DNA of 63,710 bases, the filler included, from Octopus bimaculoides (Eukaryota), in NCBI RefSeq assembly GCF_001194135.2. It is 5 parts of 5 records of this genome, joined end to end, with 100 filler letters (N's around TTAATTAATTAA, not from the genome) between each part and the next. Parts side by side here need not be neighbours in the genome. Positions count along the whole stretch, not along the records: positions 36,220 to 61,258 come from NC_068985.1; 4 more parts are not named here. One strand, 5' to 3'. The notes below the pieces were generated by a model that made no database searches, was not told where the DNA came from, and worked only from the letters and a program-made list of their open reading frames with translations. The position numbers were made by a program, and so were the translations under genes. This document shows, one piece after another, positions 36,120 to 48,838 of this stretch (position 1 is its first letter; each line of letters begins with the position of its first letter).

Positions 36120-36219
36120 NNNNNNNNNNNNNNNNNNNNNNNNNNNNNNNNNNNNNNNNNNNNTTAATTAATTAANNNNNNNNNNNNNNNNNNNNNNNNN
36201 NNNNNNNNNNNNNNNNNNN
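36120..36219. other. Artificial scaffold join
   Basis: TTAATTAATTAA at 36164-36175 between two 44-N runs. Confidence 0.95.
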
Positions 36220-36268
<49 letters not shown>

Positions 36269-37566
36269 TACCCACATATATATATGTGTATATATATTTC
36301 TTGGAGCGGAAGCAATATAACGTTTTCAATTCAGTTAGATTAGTATTTTACATACAGGTGCCTTTACAAGATTATTTCTCTTAATTTTAATTCTTTTCTT
36401 TTTAAGAAATGTCATCAAATGCAGGACACATAAAGTCGTATTAAAATTTATTACAAGTGCCGAGTGAGGAAAGAAAACAAATAAATACTGAATTGAAAAT
36501 AGAGAGAAAAAAAATTAAATCTTGTCACGAATGGAGTATTGAGTGAAAAGATTCGTAGGAAGGAAATAACACGTCTTTACATGATGTTGTTTTATCAAGT
36601 ATACACTTAATGGTATTGATAGGTCGTTTCAAAAATTACTTTAACTGCAGTATTATCTAACAATTATAGCGTCAAAGAAAATGCAAACATAGGATTTCAG
36701 ACTTATGACTGCCGTAAAAATGCCAGAAGTTTCAGTTTTAAATGCACGGCGCCAAACTTCATTTAATTGGACTTCAATTTTCATTGACATAAAATAACAG
36801 TATAATTAAAGAAAGATGTGCAAATGTATTGTATACTGGTGAAGTAGGCGGATGGTTTATAATTCACTACAATGGAGTCGGTTTCGACATGAGATTTTGT
36901 TTTTAAATCTTTATTAGGTAGCGCCCTATCTAATTCAGGTTATGGAAGTTAGAGAACATTTTATACATATAAAGAAAAAATTTAACTGCAAGGAGAAGAA
37001 ATCCCCCAAAACAAACGTAGTGTTGTATGAATATGTGTGTGAATATACGTAAGAATGTGAGTCCATACATGTATTAGTGTCTACATATATAAAAGAGATG
37101 TTGTTTTTGTATAGCTCCAGATAAAATCCCATGTCAAAGCTATTCCTATCTCAATAAATTTCACCCATGATAGTTCAAGGACTTCATTATACAATGTATC
37201 TTACGCACTACCGATGGAGATTTCATTTCTATTTCTAGCCTGAAGGAATCACGTAGAATGTTCTTCGACAGACCCCAGCCAGTCCCAATCCTGCAAGAAA
37301 GCAAAACATGATATAATAACTTAACCTATGGACATATTTGTGTTACAATATTGATCTTACAGATATTGCACCAAAATGTTCCACGAAAATTGTGACATAT
37401 AAAATGAAGCATAAAAGCGTTACACTGTAAAACAAATTTTGGCTCATTCGGTAATATTGCCATAACCCTATAATTCCTTTTTACAGTTCATCCACTAATA
37501 TTGCTTTTAAAATTTGGCACAAAGCCAGTAATTTCGGGGGAGGAGCTAAGTCAATTACATTGACCC

Positions 37567-37953
37567 TTACTCTTTTACTTGTTTCAGTTTTTTTTTTTAT
37601 TAGGGATCATAATTACATTCATATTCTCTTTTACTCTTTTACCTGTGGCCATGCTGGTGCACCGTCTTTATTAGAGCAAGTCGACACCAGGACTTATTCT
37701 TTGTAAACCTAGTACTTATTCTACCGGTATCTTTTGCCGAACCACTAGGTTACGGGGACGTAAACACACCAGCATCGGTTGTCAAACGATGTTGGGCTTC
37801 TTTCAGTTTCCGTCTACCAAATCCACTCACAAGGTTTTGGTCGGCCCGAGGCTATAGTAGAAGACACTTGCCCAAGGTGCCACGCTGTGGGACTGAACCC
37901 GGAACCATGTGGTTAATAAGCAAGCTACTCACCACACAGATACTCCTACGCCT
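37567..37953 (-). mobile_element. SINE family A, near full length, CpGs retained
   Basis: Reverse complement of the 11371/50184 family. Confidence 0.92.
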
Positions 37954-38754
37954 ATATTTGGAAATAGAATTTTAACGAATAAATAATTTAAGAAATTATA
38001 TTTACATTATTACATGAATTAGGATAGATATAATTTTTCTTAACTAGTTGTCGGATCTGATTGAACGGAAGAATCATCAAAGGGGTTACATCTGTGGCCA
38101 TACACCCTTTACTTTCTTTGTATGTAAAACGATATGACGAAAGTATCCTTAATTTTGGAGGAAGACTGGAGGAAATTTCAACGAATAGTAATTGTTTCAA
38201 ACAGCGGGATTAAAAACTAGGTAGAGAATGACATTTGTTGTTCAGCTAATAAAGAAAATACAGCAAACATCCAAATAGATTTCCAACATAAAGAAGCAGC
38301 GGACGTAAAAATGATTTTCATAGAAATTGATTAATGGGTTCTCTCCTCTATGTGACATTGAATCGGTTTGGAATTGTAATTATATATGAATTTCAGCATT
38401 TAGTTCATACAAAGAGTGTTATGCATGCGCTGCATACAAGCGCATTCTAAAAACAGTTAAAAACATTTAAAAATTGCTTGTCAACATAATATGTTACTCT
38501 GGCAATTTGTTGAAGTGTTGGAATGCAAAAGTCATTGTTACTTCTCGTTATTTTGACATGAAACGTTATTCTAAATTTCCTATACGTATTCGCCTTTCTG
38601 GTCGCTGTGGACAGAACGTAAATTGATATAAGGAAATCTGACATACAGCGTGGTCATGTTTCTCCCATACCTAATGTAATCATTCAATTCTCGTGTAAAG
38701 AAGCAAACACGCGTTGATACACATACAGCCACACATATACATATTTATGTATAA

Positions 38755-38782
38755 CTAGCAGAGGCACCCGGCGTTGCTCGGG
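38755..38782 (-). mobile_element. Helitron 3' terminus
   Basis: Minus strand hairpin CCCG-AGCAACGC-CGGG, 8-nt spacer, CTAG, then T: the canonical Helitron 3' end geometry. Confidence 0.7.
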
Positions 38783-38969
38783 AATAAAATTGTTGCTTAT
38801 ATACTTGAAGAAAAAAAGGCAAAATATGCTGTATAGAAATTTGAGGACATTCTGTAGATGGACTCTCAGATGTATGATGGCTGGGCGCCTCTCATGAATG
38901 GAGAAAATTGAAGATGTGCCAAAAAGCCTCATTGGTACTTGGAAACTTTTACGAAAATAAAAATGGGGA

Positions 38970-39197
38970 TCGTTGCCAGTGCCCCTGGACTGGCTCTTGT
39001 GCGGGTGGCACATAAAAGACACCATTTCGAGCGTGGCCGTTGCCAGTACCGCCTGACTGGCTTTCGTGCTGGTGACACGTAAAAACACCCACTACACTCT
39101 CTGAGTGGTTGCCATCCGGTTTTACCAGTCCTCAGTCAAATCGTCCAACCCATGCTAGCATGGAAAGCGGACGTTAAACGATGATGATGATGATGAT
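38970..39197 (+). mobile_element. SINE family C with internal deletion
   Basis: Matches 32901 but lacks the TAGGAAGGGCATCCAGC...GTGTA segment. Confidence 0.88.
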
Positions 39198-40329
39198 AAT
39201 GTATGAGCCAATGAATGAGGCCTCTACNNNNNNNNNNNNNNNNNNNNNNNNNNNNNNNNNNNNNNNNNNNNNNNNNNNNNNNNNNNNNNNNNNNNNNNNN
39301 NNNNNNNNNNNNNNNNNNNNNNNNNNNNNNNNNNNNNNNNNNNNNNNNNNNNNNNNNNNNNNNNNNNNNNNNNNNNNNNNNNNNNNNNNNNNNNNNNNNN
39401 NNNNNNNNNNNNNNNNNNNNNNNNNNNNNNNNNNNNNNNNNNNNNNNNNNNNNNNNNNNNNNNNNNNNNNNNNNNNNNNNNNNNNNNNNNNNNNNNNNNN
39501 NNNNNNNNNNNNNNNNNNNNNNNNNTGAGACAGAGTGAGAGAGCGGTGTGTATGTAGTATTTACTCTCTCTCTCTCTGTCATACACACGAACACACACAC
39601 GAACACACAAAATAGAAAGTGAAGCTTTTTGCGGTTGTTACGTCAATACCGGAAGTTGACATTGAGGAACCTTTTTAAAGAAGTGAATCTTAAATATAAA
39701 GCAATATTATTTATTTTTAATTTAAAAAAAATCAAATGAAGAGCCTAAGATTCTAAGATTTATCTGAGGTCAAATTATCCATGCATTACAAGTATGGAAG
39801 CATTTGGTGAAGTCGATTTCACGTGAAAAGCGATTACACACACATCTCTGTTTTATATATATAGTATAGCTGAAGTTAACTGTATATAATAATATGTGTG
39901 CCTGTGTATGTGTTAGTGCTTAGGTATATATTTATGTGTTTCGGTGCATGTATTGATTGAAATGTGGCATTAATTTGAGGAAATATATAATACCGCTCAA
40001 AGTATACTCTTTTCTTGCTCGACACAACTACAAATGGAGTAATTTCAAGCTTTCTTTAAAGAAAAAATTCACGCACATGATCTCTCTTCTCCCTCCCCTT
40101 TATTTCCTCCTCCTCCCGTCTCTCTCTCTCTCTGTGCTTCAGCAACATCTCGAAGAAAGTGGTTCTTTTCCAATTACAAAAGTGAATGGAGTTTCAACCA
40201 GGCTGAACTGATGTCCTCAAATGATATCCAACGATCATCGGATGTTTCGAACCGAATCCTAAGACCTTCTCGTTGACGAGTCAGCAATGTTTTTCAGATC
40301 AAAACTCGCCGGCTCCTCCTGGCTTCCAG

Positions 40330-40900
40330 CTTAACTCCTATGTGTTTCTGAGGCTCTTTCTGCTCCCTTTCAAGAGGCTCTTTCTGTTCCCCTTCCCACC
40401 CTGCGCTCAGCCACCATTCACCTTTTCCTCTTCACCCCAATGGCTGTAAGCATTTGCCATGTCAATTTGCCCGGGAATACCCTATAGCCAACGTCAACTA
40501 GGAAAAGCTATAACTTCTAATCCTTCTCCCTGAATCCTCAGAAGGCTTTCATACTGGAAACGCCTCCATTCGAAAGCCTAATCAAACCCTTCTTCCCACA
40601 GAGTGTGAGATAAATCAAGATTATTTTCCTTACCTTTTCAGACCACAAGAATATATCTAGGCTCATTGTTTTGTAAACGACATGGGAAAAATTCAGTCGT
40701 TCCTCCGCTTTCGTATCCCATGATTGCTTTCTATGTAGTAGACAGTTTGTCCGTTTTTCTATACTCATTGCACGAACTTGACTGGCGCTCTTGTTCTCTG
40801 CTGTTGATAGAGTTTCTTGAACCTTTCCTGTTCCAGGGTGTGAGCGAGTTTTGAAAGCACCTTGCCTTGGCCCACACTTGTATCTCCCTTGAGTATGTGC
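40330..40900 (-). mobile_element. HERO-like non-LTR retrotransposon RLE-domain relic
   Basis: One frame with stops: WDTKAEERLNFSHVVYKTMSLDIFLWSEKVRKIILIYLTLCGKKG...LFLVDVGYRVFPGKLTWQMLTAIG...VAERRVGRGTERAS; resembles recalled HERO motifs RPDIVLWS, IELTVPWEEG, VEVGCRGF, AERAS. Confidence 0.75.
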
Positions 40901-41340
40901 GATTTTCACATGAATAAAATATGTATGTTTCTGAGATTCATACAACTATAATTATGCAGCAACATATTTCTATATTTCTATGGACGAAGGCTTCAGTATA
41001 CAGGGGGTGCAATTACAGGTATACAGTAAATATCACATCAATGTTATAATACTTAATTCATTAGAATTATTAGCACATTAAATTAGTTAGCCTGGTTTTT
41101 GTTATTTTCAGTATCATTATTCGTAATTCCTTTTTTCGTAACTGTATACCTACATTGGCATTATCCTGTATATGTTGTAAAATTCAATGTCCATACTGAC
41201 TTGTCGAAAGTTTCTGCCAGACCAGATCGTAACATATCATATAGAGTATATGCCGAACCAACGTATCAGTTGAATAATCAATCTATTAATCAGTCAATCA
41301 GTCAGTCCGAACGCACACCTATGTACATACACATTTGCTC

Positions 41341-41540
41341 GTAGAGGCGCAGTTGTTAGGGCAGCGTACTCGCGATTTTGATTCCTAGACCGGGCGTTGG
41401 GAGTGTTTATTGAGCGAAATGACCTAAAGTTCCACGAGGCTCAGGCAGGGGAAGGTGGAGAACCCTGCTGTACTCTTTCACCACTAATTTCTCTCACTTT
41501 CTTCCTATTTCTGCAGTACCTGTATTTCAAAAGGCCAACC
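41341..41540 (+). mobile_element. SINE family D, decayed
   Basis: GAGGCGCA...AGACCGGGCGTTG...CCTAAAG-TCCACGAGGCTC-GGCAGGGG. Confidence 0.85.
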
Positions 41541-42004
41541 ATGTCTGTTTCTGTTTTCTAAAATGTCGATGATACTGTTAGAAATGAGTCAAAATGTCAT
41601 TTGGTCGCCTTGCACACCTGCTGCTATCACTACGCATTGTAAGGATTACTAACGTCGAATATAGGTTTATGTTTCACAGTATTAAACTTATTAAAAAAAA
41701 AAAGCGGAAGTAAAATCTGAGAAAATGTTGTGACGAAGATTGATCACTAGTGTCTGGTATGTAACTCGTTCATGTTAAATTATAGTTTTGGCTTTTTGTA
41801 TGCAGATGAATGTTAAATGGTGCTATGTTTTTGATAAGTATATGAGAATCGCTTATTAAATGAGAGAGTGTGAGGAGTAAGTGCATTTTTATATTGTTGG
41901 TGTTGTCGTTCAGTATATTATAGTAGTAGAGTACTTGAGTACAGGACTGCTAGTGCGCAGTACAAATATTTACTTTTAACTCAGTGAAAGACATGTTCTT
42001 CTCT

Positions 42005-42962
42005 ACTCTAGGCACAAGGCCCGAAATTTTTGGGGAGAAGGTTAGTTGATTAGATAGACCCCAGTACGCAACAGGTACTTAATTAATCGACCCCGGAATG
42101 ATGAAAGGCAAAGTGGACCTCGCCGGAATTTGAACTCAGAACGTAAAGACAGACGAAATACCGCTACAGATTTCGGCCGGCGTACTAACGATTTTGAGTG
42201 AAAGACATTCTTGCCCACCGTGGGGCCAAACATAGAGGGTACAAACACGGACAGACAAAGGATAAAAGGCAAAGTCGACCTCGGCGGAATTTGAACTCAG
42301 AACCTAACGATAGACGAAATACCGCTAAGCATTTCGTCCGGCATGCTAACCTTCCTTATTTCTTTATTGNNNNNNNNNNNNNNNNNNNNNNNNNNNNNNN
42401 NNNNNNNNNNNNNNNNNNNNNNNNNNNNNNNNNNNNNNNNNNNNNNNNNNNNNNNNNNNNNNNNNNNNNNNNNNNNNNNNNNNNNNNNNNNNNNNNNNNN
42501 NNNNNNNNNNNNNNNNNNNNNNNNNNNNNNNNNNNNNNNNNNNNNNNNNNNNNNNNNNNNNNNNNNNNNNNNNNNNNNNTCCTTATTTCTTTATTGCCCA
42601 CCGTGGGGCTAAACATAGAGGGGACAAACACGGACAGACAAAGGATAAAAGGCAAAGTCGACCTCGGCGGAATTTGAACTCAGAACCTAACGATAGACGA
42701 AATACCGCTAAGCATTTCGTCCGGCATGCTAACCTTCCTTATTTCTTTATTGTCCAGAAGGGGATAAACATAGATGGGATACACAAGGACAGACAAACGG
42801 ATTAAGTCGATTATATCGACTCCAGTGCGTAACTGGTACTTATTTAATCGACCCCGAAAGGATGAAAGGCAAAGTCGACCTCGGCGGAATTTGAACTCAG
42901 AACGCAGCGGCAGACGAAATACCGCTAATCATTTCATCCAGCCTGTTAACGTTTTTGCCAGC
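42005..42962 (-). repeat. Tandem array of SINE family B copies
   Basis: Variant copy 42005-42190, internally deleted units 42206-42369 and 42580-42750, full copy 42751-42962. Confidence 0.88.
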
Positions 42963-43812
42963 ACACCGCCTTTAAGTGGAAGACATATTACTAAAAGAAT
43001 AAGTTACTCATTCAAGGTAATTTTTAAGTATCATTAATCCAAAACTTATACCGTGTAATTCGTTCAATAAAGCGTCCCATATTTTTGCTTGTTTAAACCA
43101 TTCTTTTTTTTTACTTAGGAACGACTTGGATTCCTATTTTTACCCTACTGAACCCCCGTGGCCATATGATGTTGAAAAGAATCCTATTATATTTTTATAA
43201 TTAAGTATTATTGGGAATTACACTTGAATTTTTTAAAAATATATTGCGCGTTGCATAAGTATAAATATGTTATAGCACATAAATTTTAACAAAATAGAAT
43301 ATGGATGCCAACAAAGGCGAAATGGGCCTTGGCTGAGAACTTCTGTTTTAAAAACACCTACCTTGTGTACAGAAACGAGTAGGTTATTAATGTAAGTGAT
43401 TATAATGTATTATATAATATATCTGGCAAGGATAATCGTAAATTTCTCTCTGAATTTCGAGTTTGAAGATTCCACATATTGCTTTATTCACAGTCAAATG
43501 GAAATATTGGTAATTAATATAACTCAACTCAGAGACATTCAAATTGTTCTTATGCAATCACAAAGTCAAGAAAAATAAGGGAGTATATTGCATGAGGGAC
43601 ACTTGACTGCTTTTACTAGGAAATACCTCATTGGCTTGCCAACGAAGTCAGTTTACAGCGTTTGCACACTCACAGTTCCCTATAATAGTTCGTGAAACTA
43701 ATAACTGAAACTGAAACAGCTTAAATGTTGAAGCTGGGTTAACTATATGTAGATATTTTCTCTTTTTATTTAATCATTTCAATATTCAAGAACTATTAAC
43801 ACAAGTTATAGG

Positions 43813-44193
43813 AAGAATACTCCGAGAGCGCAAACCTCCGCAAAAATCAAAATCAAAGTCCTCTCAACGATTAACCAGAGATGATTTTTTTGTAAATGAG
43901 TATATATGAAGTAGACTCAACAGTTCTCACAAACAAGAGTACGAAGAATAAGCCCGAACGATCTCAAAAATTAAGTAAAAAAACAGGAAAAATAATCCAG
44001 ATCCTTGTCCGGTACGGGATCAATCTCCAAATCTACTCAGTTCGTGCCAGTCTCACGAGGTTAAACTTATAAAAGTTTCATTCGAATCCATTTAGCGATT
44101 CTTGAGATATCTTGTCCACAGACAAACGAACACACATGCAAACACACAAGACTGAAAACAATACCTCCGCCATAGAGGAGGCGGAGCTAATAA
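43813..44193 (-). mobile_element. Helentron-associated non-autonomous element (HINE/DINE-1-like)
   Basis: GAGAGCGCAAACCTCCGC at one end; hairpin CTCCGCC-ATAGAGGA-GGCGGAG plus TAATAA at the other; short internal microsatellite. Confidence 0.75.
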
Positions 44194-44204
44194 TGTCAAC
44201 CATA

Positions 44205-44420
44205 CGGGGGTGTTATGAAATTTTCCTGGCTTTGATAAAAAAAAAATACCGGAAGATCAGTTAAATATGATCTTTATTCAACATATTCCCTTTTTAGAAT
44301 CACATTTATTGCAGCGGTTTTTCAGTTTTTCTCAGTCCTGCAAAATAACTCGCAAGGTTGGGCCTCCAGCTAGATCTTTCGCGATAGCCTTAAGGACGGG
44401 TACTACTCAGGTCCCCTTCG
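44205..44420. mobile_element. Tc1/mariner-type MITE (sister of 22015)
   Basis: TA-CGGGGG...CCCCTTCG-TA; internal GATCAGTTAA-TATGAT-TT-ATT-AACATATTCCC and AAGGTTGGGCCTC shared. Confidence 0.8.
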
Positions 44421-44776
44421 TATCTCAGTAATAAGCAAAACAAGATAAATATAATAAATATTAGAAAAGATATAAATGATTAAAAAATCGTTGAAACAAC
44501 AAACATGTAATACATAAAATGATGCACTCATTTGCCATTTCGCATTCACTGCTTACATTTCTTTCAATTTCGTCAATCTCGTTTATTTCGTACTGCACAG
44601 GCTTCTTGCACACACTTAAACAGAACAAAAATAATACCATATAAAGGTATCTCGCACTTGCTACACCTCTTTTTCCCCCACACGCTTTCTTCTTATTTGT
44701 CTTCGACACACACGCTCACAAGACGTTAACACAAACACACATCAATATGCAAACACATTCATACATACATATATAC

Positions 44777-44811
<35 letters not shown>

Positions 44812-44970
44812 NNNNNNNNNNNNNNNNNNNNNNNNNNNNNNNNNNNNNNNNNNNNNNNNNNNNNNNNNNNNNNNNNNNNNNNNNNNNNNNNNNNNNNNNN
44901 NNNNNNNNNNNNNNNNNNNNNNNNNNNNNNNNNNNNNNNNNNNNNNNNNNNNNNNNNNNNNNNNNNNNNN

Positions 44971-45034
<64 letters not shown>

Positions 45035-45713
45035 GCGTGCACTTATATACGAGTCGGTTTTTTATATATGTATACAAATTTAGTTGTGGGTGTATATATA
45101 CGTAAAATACGACTGTTAATTTTTTATCGTCTCAGAGGGACTGTTCTATAACAGAGGGAAAAAATCTTACACAAAAAGTCTCTCGATAATAACTAAGCCA
45201 TTTCAAGTGTTCCATCAACAATTTCCTCATTTCTTTTAATACCCAATCAACAGTATGGCATTGATATTGGATATATGTTCAGTGTCGCCTTAACGGAAAT
45301 TTAAACTGTCTGTCGGTTTTGTTGTTTAGCGAGATTTCTAAAGTGCTTTCAAGCCTTTTACATTTGCTGCAGTATGCGACATTTCACGTATATACATACC
45401 TATGTATGTATGTATGTATGTATGTATGTATGTATGTATGTATGTATGTATGTATGTATGTATGCATGTATGTATGTATGTATATATTTATCTGCATATA
45501 TATATATAAACCTGTGTATATATACCTATACGTATATACTTCCATATATACACGCACACACACAAAAGCCAAACACAGATGTACACACGCGCGCACAAAC
45601 ACACACAGAGAAGCACACAGAGACGCAGACACACAACTTCCTTTCGATGCCTCTAATGCTTTCAGTAATATTACAATTTGCAATATAATATATGAAATAT
45701 TTTTTCATGTACA

Positions 45714-45751
<38 letters not shown>

Positions 45752-45775
45752 NNNNNNNNNNTTTTTTCATGTACA

Positions 45776-45814
<39 letters not shown>

Positions 45815-48202
45815 TTATATTTGTATATATGTGTGTGTGTATGCAGATCCAAACCCACTCTCACACACACAAATGTTCGTGTGTCATTCTTCAAACACTA
45901 CTTTGTGCATGGACCAACGAAAATGTGACACAATATGAAAATGGTTTCATTTTTCACACTGCGGCAACATTCATGATGGTCATGTTAAAAACAAAAATTA
46001 GTTATTGAATGTTTAAGTTGTGTCTTTCCCTACACCATCTTTTGCAAAGACGAATTCTGCCATTATATTGAATCGTACATATATATACAAGAGGAAAACA
46101 TGAAGACATATTCAATTTGCAGATTTCCAATATACATTTGTCTTATTTTTTGTTGCAGTAATTTAAAATATCTAAATGTATAAAAATGGCACTCTCTTTT
46201 GAATGTCTTACATTGTGAATTTTATATTAGTATTTATTCTGATATGTAATATTTTATATTCATTTAAACTCTCTATGCATTGTTCCCTTAAAATAAAACG
46301 ATGTGGAAATTTTTTCCAAATAATTTTTATGTCTGAATAGCAAAAGTCTACATGTTTTTGAAGTGCTCCTTGATTGTAATTTTCTAGTGTTCCAAAAATC
46401 TGTGTAGGTGGAATCTACTTTCTTTCGCATTTAGTTTGCAAATTTTGAATACATTTTCAGAATAGTTTAAAAGAATCCAAACGGATTATTCAGCAGAATA
46501 CATTTTTATCTTTCTGTTATTAATTATTTAGCTAAACGCATTTCTAATTAATCTGCAAACCATTCTAGCCTGAAATTTATCTTTCTATTCCACAATTGTA
46601 AGCAGTTTTAGAATATAATTTCATTATAACAAAAGTTACCATATGTATTATTGCATTGAATGTTTCTGGGAGGCTGTTTAACAGCCTCTGTACAACTGCT
46701 ACCTGTTTCAGCACTTGGGTTTAGTAAGACGATTAAGAGGATTTAATAGTGAATCAAGTAATAATGGTCTTAATTATAAATGATCTAGTGGTAAAGCATT
46801 AATAGATCTAGCTGTAATCCTGACAAGCTTCTTTCATTATCATGGATTTGGCAATTTTCGGTAAGCGCAAACTAACTAACTAGGTTTATCCGTAAATGAG
46901 TTATATAATCAGATTCTTTATCATTGAGTGTTATGTGAACAAGTGCGAACACCTGAAAGATTCGCCGTAGTCTTCAGTTAGTCATAGTTATTTAAACAAT
47001 TTATAGCGTACCTTTTTTGATTCTATCAAGAATTTGTGCTCCTCCTGATAGAGTCTAAAATCTTTTTGCCATAATTTCATCGTTCGAATTTTCACATGCA
47101 GTGTCCTTTCCTTAGTTCTTTCTCATTGTTAAAATATTAAGTACTGTTTCTTTTATAAACAGTCATTCATTTGTAATAAGGTCATCCTCTTACTTCGGTT
47201 GCTATTTTTTCGCAAGTTTTCATTTTTGTTTTCCTCTAAAGCAGGACACTCGGATTCTTCGTTCGTTTGGACTTGAATTTCTTTACAGTGGAACCGTCCA
47301 TCCCACTTTCAAGGTATTGAAGTTCAATTAGTCCGTCTTGCATTTCGATTTCTACATGTTTGCAGCAGCTTCCATAAGAAATCCGTCTCTCATTTTCCTG
47401 CATTCAAATTTCATTTGGTCATTCATTGTTTGTTATATTTCTTCCATGTCGCAATGATCCAAATTGCTGTCATTCATTTTAAATCCTAACTCTTGGATTA
47501 CAACGTAATTTCGCGAACGTATCTCCGCTCCTTACGGTTTTTCTGATATTCAGATTATTTGAACTTTGCCTGGTATTTACTTCGCATAGCATAGTTTGTA
47601 CTTATTTGTCAGCATGCTTCAAAATGTGATCATTCTTGAAATATAGTTTGTAATCCAGTGGTAGCTAATGTCCTTTAAATCTAATAACATAATTTTGGCA
47701 TGTTTCACTCATACATTTCCTTGCTCTGCTTGCCTTTTTGCTAAGACGTATTTGAGAATATTGAATTTATATTTCACTATAATTGTTGTATATTTTCACT
47801 GACCCGAATTGAAAGGTTTCTTATTTCTTTACTTTTGTGGGAATTCTCGGCAATGGATAGAATTCAAGTCACATTTTTATAGTAAGTTTTTAAAAAAATA
47901 ATATTTAATTGCTTCAAAATACCAACGTTTATAACTTCAATAGATATTTCCAATTTTGGAAGAATTTGCTTTTAAAAGAATGGCACGTAATTACGAATGA
48001 AATTCAAGAACTTCCTTATAAATTATATTTAAAATGAAGCATAAACTATTCTATAAATTTTGAGGTGGTACATCACTTTTAAAGCCTGGTCGCGATATCT
48101 GTTGGCGATCCGATAAGTCCCCAGAAGGTAAATACACCAACAACACCCGTTGTCAAGCGGTGGTGGGAGACAAACGCAAACACAAAATCACATACACACT
48201 CA

Positions 48203-48255
<53 letters not shown>

Positions 48256-48713
48256 ACACACACACACACACGCAAATATATATTTATATATATATATAAT
48301 ATTCAAGAGAATTCCAGCTCTGTCTGTTTTTATGTTTTATTTATATTCTTATAAAATTAATGTGGGATATAGAATGTGGAATATATAGTATATATAGTAA
48401 AATGAAATGAAGTATTGAATGTCTTATTGAATAAATGAAATATTGAATATTAAATATATAAGGACTAGTATACTTTCCTGCTTTCTAGCAGTCTTCAAGC
48501 TCCCCTGTGACAGAAGTGTTTTAGCTGTAGTTTCTAAAGTATAATTTTTTTTAAAGCTGCAATACCGGATGAACCCACATCACGACAGGAGGCACAAAGA
48601 AGAACGGCAACGTCGAACTCGCTACTTCACCAGAAACAAATACCGAAAAACCCCGGATGCAGTAAAGGTGGTGCACCAGCTTGGTCTCATCCTCTGGCTT
48701 AAACCCATAAAAG

Positions 48714-48748
<35 letters not shown>

Positions 48749-48778
48749 GCCAGCATCTTCAAATTTGCAAACTAGAAT

Positions 48779-48838
48779 ATCATACTGATGAGGAAATGAA
48801 AAGTTTTCACTATTCTGATCCAGAAACGCGTCTATGAT
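48779..48838 (+). ncRNA. Type I hammerhead ribozyme, core intact
   Basis: Perfect stem I ATCATA/TATGAT; CTGATGA 48785-48791; stem II GGA...TCC with inner TGAAA/TTTCA; GAAA 48823-48826; palindromic ACGCGT; GUC 48830-48832. Confidence 0.75.

Noticed and set aside
37208-37293. Minus-strand acceptor TGTTTTGCTTTCTTGCAG with GTAAGA donor
   Set aside because: Isolated; peptide unrecognised; could be a real or non-coding exon but unsupported.
40235-40285. Minus-strand GAAACATC with a GAA/TTC stem
   Set aside because: Core needs three substitutions; next to a LINE relic; likely chance.
46700-47560. Possible decayed LINE ORF1/endonuclease on the minus strand
   Set aside because: Coding-like composition but too many stops and no diagnostic motif.
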